Shown piece by piece: positions 28,001 through 32,000 of a stretch of DNA of 32,000 nt. Position numbers and translations under genes: made by a program. A model generated the notes under the pieces. The model was not told the DNA's origin, ran no database searches, and saw only the letters and a program-made list of their open reading frames with translations. The number at the start of each line of letters is the position of its first letter. The stretch's first letter is position 1. Source of the stretch: Nostoc punctiforme PCC 73102 (GTDB lineage: Bacteria; Cyanobacteriota; Cyanobacteriia; Cyanobacteriales; Nostocaceae); NCBI RefSeq assembly GCF_000020025.1, contig NC_010628.1:5910001-5942000 (forward strand), given 5' to 3'.

Positions 28001-28694
28001 GCAAACAATTGCAATGGCAGGTGTTGATAAAAATGTTCAGATATCGAGGCGCGATCGCCTCTGGCCGGGCGTAGCCCATCGCGCCGCAACTTTGCAGATT
28101 CTCAAAGGACATCAGGCGGAAGTTTGGCACGTCGTATTTAGCCCAGATGGTAAGCTTGTTGCTTCAGCCAGCGGTGATAATACTGCTAAGTTGTGGACGC
28201 TTGACGGCAATTTATTTAGAACCCTTGTAGGACACTCAGCAGCAGTATGGAGAGTTGTTTTTAGCCAAGATAGTAAAATGCTAGCTACTGGAAGTGGCGA
28301 CAACACGGTTAAGCTGTGGACGTTAGACGGCAAGTTATTGAATACCTTCAAAGGTCACAAAGCTGGGATTTGGGGAATTGCCTTTACTCCTGATGGAAAA
28401 ATTGTTGCTTCTGGCAGCGTCGATGCCAGCATTAAACTTTGGAAGCTAGATGGTACGGAAGTAACAACCCTTACTGGACATACCGCAGCGATTAGGGTGG
28501 TTGCAATCAGCCCTGATGGAACTTTGCTTGTTTCAGGGGGTGATGACAACACGCTCATTCTGTGGAATTTACAGCGAATTCTGAATCTAGATGTACTAAA
28601 TTATGGTTGCACTCTGGTGCAGGATTATTTGAAAACTAACACCACAGTGGAAGAAGGCGATCGCTCCCTCTGTAATATGCCAAAGTTTAAATAA
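25062..28694 (+). CDS. AAA-like P-loop NTPase / coiled coil / single TM segment / 14x WD40 repeat protein
   Basis: 1210 aa. The N-terminus is YQVGGSLRSDDPTYIIRDADEKLY...FNSRQMGKSSLLQR (Walker A-like) with IFIFIDEID (Walker B-like). The hydrophobic segment FLLVAVCIGLLVSSILGVGSFIMY follows. I counted 14 WD40 units (GH..V..VAFSPDGQ.IASAS.D.TVKLW). Confidence 0.9.
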   Translation: MRYQVGGSLRSDDPTYIIRDADEKLYTSLKAGDFCYVFNSRQMGKSSLLQRTSYRLKEEGYSCVYLDMTILGIEDTTPEQWYKGIIISLFYSLNLAEQINFKGWWETQKGISSVQKLHCFVEEVLLPNAKAERIFIFIDEIDSLLSLSFPINDFFAWIRQCYNQRPENSNFNRLGFALFGVASPSDLIADKGRTPFNLGKAIELHGFQLYEATPLLQGVKEVVSQPQAILQEIIHWTEGQPFLTQKLCNLVIQIAAENATGMISLIPGTEAFWIEQLVKTHIIQNWQSQDEPEHLRTIRDRLLFNDQRAGRLLGIYQKVLQAEEQFSSGGFPQKEMSSSRGEEFFTLPHLPVPIDDSREQTELLLSGLVEKHNGYLKIKNPIYRSVFNTEWVLKQLDNLRPYSQTFNAWVASGYKDESRLLRGQALRDTQNWIQGKSLSDWDYQFLAASQECEQREVQTALEAARAKEVEARLAQEQKTAKFQRFLLVAVCIGLLVSSILGVGSFIMYRQTKKSESQAKSSEIRALVSSSAGLFASQRRLDALVEAIKAKDRLHKLGTTNSNLAPQVENALRQAVYGADEYNRFSDHTASVMAVDVSPDSSLIASASIDNTVKLWRRDGTEVATLKGHKGAVRAVDFSSNGQILASAGEDGTIKLWKLDGTLLKTFKGHTASVWGIAFSPDGQFIASASWDATVKLWKRDGTLLKTFQGSKGAFWGVAFSPDGQTIAAASLDRTVKLWKRDDSGWQNAKPVQTLQGHTAWVVGVAFSPDGQTIASASEDRTVKLWRRDSISKSYRLDKTLQGHDAGISGVAFSPDGQTIASASLDKTIKLWNIDGTQLRTLRGHSASVWGVTFSPDGSFIASAGAENVVRLWQSQNPFQKSIVAHKAGIWSIAIASDSSTIATTSHENMVKFWSSQGKLLKTLTESKGEVSEVSFSGDDNLIALFTSDDTVKIKKRDGTLIASYKSHHSKLTSGVFSPDGQTIAMAGVDKNVQISRRDRLWPGVAHRAATLQILKGHQAEVWHVVFSPDGKLVASASGDNTAKLWTLDGNLFRTLVGHSAAVWRVVFSQDSKMLATGSGDNTVKLWTLDGKLLNTFKGHKAGIWGIAFTPDGKIVASGSVDASIKLWKLDGTEVTTLTGHTAAIRVVAISPDGTLLVSGGDDNTLILWNLQRILNLDVLNYGCTLVQDYLKTNTTVEEGDRSLCNMPKFK

Positions 28695-28774
28695 TTTCTC
28701 TCTTTGGGGCGGATTATTTTGGTGGGTTTTCTTGATGCGATCGCGTGTGTTATACGGAAAATTGGTATCATTCA

Positions 28775-29518
28775 CTAGTTATGCAATTTTTCAAGTAGCC
28801 ATACCAAAGCACCTTCAACATCACTAACTTGCTCTCCTGGCGGTATGGCTGGACGATTTACCATCACAACCTTCACGCCCAGTTCTCGCGCTGCAATAAT
28901 CTTGGGCTTTGTGGCATCGCCACCGCTATTTTTACTGACTATGGTATCAATCTTGCGATCAATCAGGATTTGCCTTTCATTATTGAGGTTAAAGGGCCCG
29001 CGATCGCACAATACCATCCCCGGTGGCACTAAGGCATCATCAACAGGAGGGTCAATCATCCGCATCAAGAACCAAATTTCCTCTAGGTGAGCAAAGGCGG
29101 CGAGTTCTTGTCTGCCAACCGTCAAAAATACCCGATGTGCTTGGTTTTGCAGTGATGCGGCGGCGGCTTCAACGTTATCAACTTCCATCCAGCGATCGCC
29201 ACTTCCTTTTTCCCAAGGTGGGCGTATTAACATCAGACGGGGTACTCCGACTTCCTTTGCAGCATCTGCCGCATTGAAAGAAATTTGACTAGCAAAAGGA
29301 TGGGTTGCATCAATTAATAAGTCGATTTGCATTGCTTGGAGATAGCTAGCCAATCCAGCCACACCACCAAAGCCACCAACCCGTAAATCGCCCAACGGAA
29401 CTGATGGTTCACGGGTACGACCGGCTAAAGACGTGATTGCATCTACCCCCTGGATAGTCGCGACTCTAGCGGCTAGTTCTGCGGCATTTCCTGTACCACC
29501 CAGAATCAAAACGCGCAT
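28775..29518 (-). CDS. cobK: Precorrin-6A / cobalt-precorrin-6A reductase
   Basis: MRVLILGGTGNAAELA... from the ATG at 29518, which shares its A with the upstream stop (TAATG overlap). LIDATHPFA motif present. The listed 269-aa version starts at an upstream alternative codon inside the preceding gene. Confidence 0.85.
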   Translation of the reverse strand: MRVLILGGTGNAAELAARVATIQGVDAITSLAGRTREPSVPLGDLRVGGFGGVAGLASYLQAMQIDLLIDATHPFASQISFNAADAAKEVGVPRLMLIRPPWEKGSGDRWMEVDNVEAAAASLQNQAHRVFLTVGRQELAAFAHLEEIWFLMRMIDPPVDDALVPPGMVLCDRGPFNLNNERQILIDRKIDTIVSKNSGGDATKPKIIAARELGVKVVMVNRPAIPPGEQVSDVEGALVWLLEKLHN

Positions 29519-29937
29519 TAGTGAGGTAAAGGTGGAATCTTTGCTAAAATGCCCTTCTTCAGGGCTTCTGGACGCTCTGACCAAGGCAGCAAACCATCTG
29601 CTTTGACATAGTATTGACTAGCACATTCTAGTATCGCAGATGCACTATTATCAACGGCTAAATCACCAAACAAATATGTCAATTTACCTTTGGCAGCAAA
29701 GGCAACCACACAGGAACGATTACAAGCACTCATGCATTCAACTTCTTGAATTGGGAATTCATCTCGTAACTCCCAATCTTGTGCAAGTTGCTGAAGTTGG
29801 TGTAGAAGTTTTTCACCACCACTTTCACCTAAGCGTTTTCCCTCTTGCCAAACGCTAGCGCAAGTTTTGCAAACAAATAAAGTATGGTCAGCAACTCCCA
29901 AGGGATTCGCTGGGGAAATATTCACAGTAGTAGTCAT
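29518..29937 (-). CDS. DUF1636-type thioredoxin-like metal-binding protein of cob clusters
   Basis: MTTTVNISP... from the ATG at 29937, preceded by gaggt. Cys motifs are FVCKTCAS and ECMSACNRSC. The listed longer start (29985) would lie inside the riboswitch B12 box. Confidence 0.75.
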   Translation of the reverse strand: MTTTVNISPANPLGVADHTLFVCKTCASVWQEGKRLGESGGEKLLHQLQQLAQDWELRDEFPIQEVECMSACNRSCVVAFAAKGKLTYLFGDLAVDNSASAILECASQYYVKADGLLPWSERPEALKKGILAKIPPLPH

Positions 29938-29974
29938 CTGTACCTCGCAGATATGTGGAACTAGTAAATCTATT

Positions 29975-30118
29975 TCGGCGGGCATCCTGACTCACTCAAT
30001 TTGGGATTTTAGATTACATCTCAAATTGGTTTACAGTTGCGGGACAGCGCCGGATTTGCACCGAACTTTCCCCGTTACCTCTGGTAGCTGCTCCCCACCA
30101 GAACCGAATAACCTTATC
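29975..30118 (-). promoter_or_regulatory. Cobalamin (B12) riboswitch in the leader of DUF1636-cobK
   Basis: The minus strand reads ggttctggtggggagcagctaccagaggtaacGGGAAagttCGGTGcAAATCCGgcGCTGTCCCGCAACTGTAAacc ... gAGTCAGGATGCCCGCC, i.e. the conserved core plus the B12 box at 29993-29977. Confidence 0.85.
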
Positions 30119-30167
30119 GATCATACACTAGGGTCATCTAAGAAAAGGATATTACCTATGCAACAAA

Positions 30168-30197
30168 ATTATAAAAATCAGCTTCTAAATTTTTCAA
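30168..30197 (-). promoter_or_regulatory. Sigma70-type promoter for the riboswitch leader (TTGAAA-18 nt-TATAAT)
   Basis: On the minus strand, ttgaaa is at 30197-30192 and tataat at 30173-30168, about 45 nt upstream of the aptamer. Confidence 0.6.
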
Positions 30198-30232
30198 CCA
30201 CTAAAAACTTTATTTTATAGGTTTGTATCGGA

Positions 30233-30487
30233 ATGGATTTTTTGACAATTCTAGGATTAGCGGCTGCCACAATAACCACAATCTCTTTTTTGCCACAGAT
30301 GTTTAAAACATGGCAAACAAAATCAGCAAAAGATGTTTCTTTTTTAACACTGATTACCTTCATAACTGGTATTTTTTTGTGGTTAATTTATGGAATATAT
30401 CTACAATCTTTACCAATTATTCTTGCTAATAGCGTGACATTGCTTTTTAACTTGATAATTTTATGGCTTAAAATTAAATATAGATAA
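30233..30487 (+). CDS. SemiSWEET (PQ-loop, 3-TM) sugar transporter family protein
   Basis: 84 aa with three hydrophobic helices and an LPQ motif in TM1 (ISFLPQMFKTWQTKSAKDVS). Confidence 0.8.
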   Translation: MDFLTILGLAAATITTISFLPQMFKTWQTKSAKDVSFLTLITFITGIFLWLIYGIYLQSLPIILANSVTLLFNLIILWLKIKYR

Positions 30488-30831
30488 AGAACCCCTAGCT
30501 AAGTAAGTTGGTAGAAATAATCACAATTATGTTACCGAAACGTAAATAGTCCTAAAATCCTTACTAATGACCAATACTTCTCTGCGAGACGCTACGCGTA
30601 GCTTGCTTCCACGTTCGCGTAGCGTCCCGTAGGGAAGTGGTACGACTACGCTAAGTACAAGTGACAAAGGACAAATGACAGCCCTTGCTAGTTAGCTTTG
30701 ATTGCGCCAACCTACTTACACAAACTCTCGTCAGCCTGTGCGGACTCAAATGAAACCCATAAAGGTGAGTTTTGCTTCTGTAGGCGTGAATTCTATGAGA
30801 CTGCATTATTCAAACCCCCTAAAAAACGCCT

Positions 30832-32000
30832 GTGACATCATCTGTATTTGACTCTGAACGCCTCCTTTTCACCCCCACTACCCCAGACACCAACGCTATC
30901 CCCATAATCTTCGCCTTTCCCAATGAATATAGCGTAGGTATCACTAGCCTTGGCTATCAGGTAGTTTGGGCAACTTTGGCAATGCGTGATGATGTGCAGG
31001 TGAGTCGCCTGTTTACAGATACTCACGAACAACTCCCCAGAACCCCAGAAATTGTGGGATTTTCGATTTCCTGGGAACTGGATTATGTGAATATTTTAAA
31101 TTTGCTGGAATCTTTAGAAATTCCTATTCAAGCAACCTCTCGTGATGATTCTCATCCGATAATTTTTGGTGGTGGCCCCGTTCTCACAGCTAACCCAGAA
31201 CCTTTTGCAGATTTTTTTGATGTAATTTTACTGGGAGATGGCGAAAATTTACTGGGAAATTTCATTGAGGCGTACAAAGAAGTCAGAAATGCTTCTAGAC
31301 AAACTCAACTCAAAAGACTTGCACAAGTCCCAGGAATTTATATTCCCAGTTTGTATGAGGTCGAATATCACACAAAAGATGGTGCAGTAAAGTCAATTAA
31401 ACCAATTTCTTCCGAAATCCCCGCAGTGGTGCAAAAGCAGACTTATCGAGGAAATACTCTATCGGCTTCGACTGTAGTCACCGAAAAAGCCGCATGGGAA
31501 AATATTTACATGGTGGAAGTGGTGAGAAGTTGTCCAGAAATGTGCCGCTTTTGCTTGGCGAGTTATCTCACACTGCCTTTTAGAACAGCCAGTCTTGAAA
31601 ATTCATTAATTCCAGCCATTAAAAGGGGTTTAGAAGTTACAAATCGGCTAGGATTATTGGGGGCTTCAGTAACTCAGCATCCAGAGTTTGAAGCGTTGCT
31701 AGATTATATTAGTCAGCCAAAGTACGATGATGTCCGTCTCAGTATTGCTTCAGTGCGAACCAATACCGTAACAGTTCAGTTAGCAGAAACTTTGTCAAAA
31801 CGAGACACGCGATCGCTTACCATTGCAGTAGAAAGTGGTTCTGAGAAAATCCGGCAAATCGTCAACAAAAAGCTGCATAACGACGAAATTATCCAAGCTG
31901 CAATCAATGCCAAAGCTGGCGGATTAAAAAGCTTGAAACTCTATGGAATGGCAGGAATTCCCGGTGAAGAAACAGAGGATTTAGACCAAACTGTGACGAT
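30832..32000 (+). CDS. B12-binding-domain radical SAM protein, C-terminal part runs off the window
   Basis: GTG at 30832, and the frame is open to the window end. The N-terminal Rossmann-like part is IIFAFPNEYSVGITSLGYQ and FGGGPVLTANPEP. The radical SAM cluster motif is CPEMCRFC. Confidence 0.8.
   Translation, partial: MTSSVFDSERLLFTPTTPDTNAIPIIFAFPNEYSVGITSLGYQVVWATLAMRDDVQVSRLFTDTHEQLPRTPEIVGFSISWELDYVNILNLLESLEIPIQATSRDDSHPIIFGGGPVLTANPEPFADFFDVILLGDGENLLGNFIEAYKEVRNASRQTQLKRLAQVPGIYIPSLYEVEYHTKDGAVKSIKPISSEIPAVVQKQTYRGNTLSASTVVTEKAAWENIYMVEVVRSCPEMCRFCLASYLTLPFRTASLENSLIPAIKRGLEVTNRLGLLGASVTQHPEFEALLDYISQPKYDDVRLSIASVRTNTVTVQLAETLSKRDTRSLTIAVESGSEKIRQIVNKKLHNDEIIQAAINAKAGGLKSLKLYGMAGIPGEETEDLDQTVT

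Noticed and set aside
26874-28558. Five minus-strand ORFs (64-80 aa) inside the WD40 region
   Set aside because: They are antisense products of the periodic repeat and repeat each other because the sense strand repeats.
26815-28590. WD40 array as the variable region of a diversity-generating retroelement
   Set aside because: The window contains no reverse transcriptase gene and no template repeat with adenine-specific mismatches.
28775-29985. Longer ORF-track versions of cobK (269 aa) and DUF1636 (155 aa), plus plus-strand ORFs 28829-29277 and 29640-30220
   Set aside because: The extended starts use upstream alternative codons that overlap the preceding gene or the riboswitch B12 box. Internal ATGs give family-typical N-termini (MRVLILGGTG, MTTTVNISP). 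The plus-strand ORFs are antisense shadows or cover the riboswitch.
30838-31032. 64-aa minus-strand ORF
   Set aside because: It is antisense to the N-terminus of the radical SAM gene, whose frame is open to the window end and has a CxxxCxxC motif.

Overview
The window looks like chromosomal DNA from a filamentous Nostoc/Anabaena-type cyanobacterium. This is inferred from the many GCGATCGC (HIP1) octamers, the Nostocales-style dispersed hairpin repeats and the gene content. Housekeeping and signalling genes are mixed with clearly accessory DNA.

Left to right:
- A 3'-truncated multi-domain two-component protein (REC-wHTH-HPt-REC-PAS...).
- A NIL/2x[4Fe-4S] ferredoxin.
- A decayed DUF3616-like pseudogene.
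- A CHAD protein.
- An IS element with a split DDE transposase, abutting a ~110-bp MITE.
- A 1102-aa bilin-photoreceptor histidine kinase (GAF-PHY knotless phytochrome module plus two cyanobacteriochrome-type GAFs).
- An ArsA/GET3-type ATPase, then a second, inverted MITE copy.
- A peptidoglycan-binding protein, an ArsB/NhaD-type permease and KptA/Tpt1.
- A CbiG-CobJ fusion.
- An AT-rich BglII-like C-R-M restriction-modification module.
- An AAE3-like acyl-CoA ligase with a small acidic protein.
- A BMP-family lipoprotein and a VOC protein.
- A stand-alone 1210-aa AAA-like NTPase/TM/14xWD40 protein.
- A cobalamin-riboswitch-controlled DUF1636-cobK operon.
- A SemiSWEET and a partial B12-binding radical SAM gene.

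I found no rRNA, tRNA or CRISPR array.

The most noteworthy items are:
- The orphan NTPase-WD40 giant, whose repeats are homogenised at DNA level.
- The R-M module, whose endonuclease has a conserved-looking N-terminus with no canonical start codon, together with an apparent absence of AGATCT in the window.
- The three-chromophore-site photoreceptor bracketed by inverted MITEs.
- A U UUU UUA slippery site that splits the transposase.

All family assignments rest on motifs read by eye and on recollection. No database search was run.
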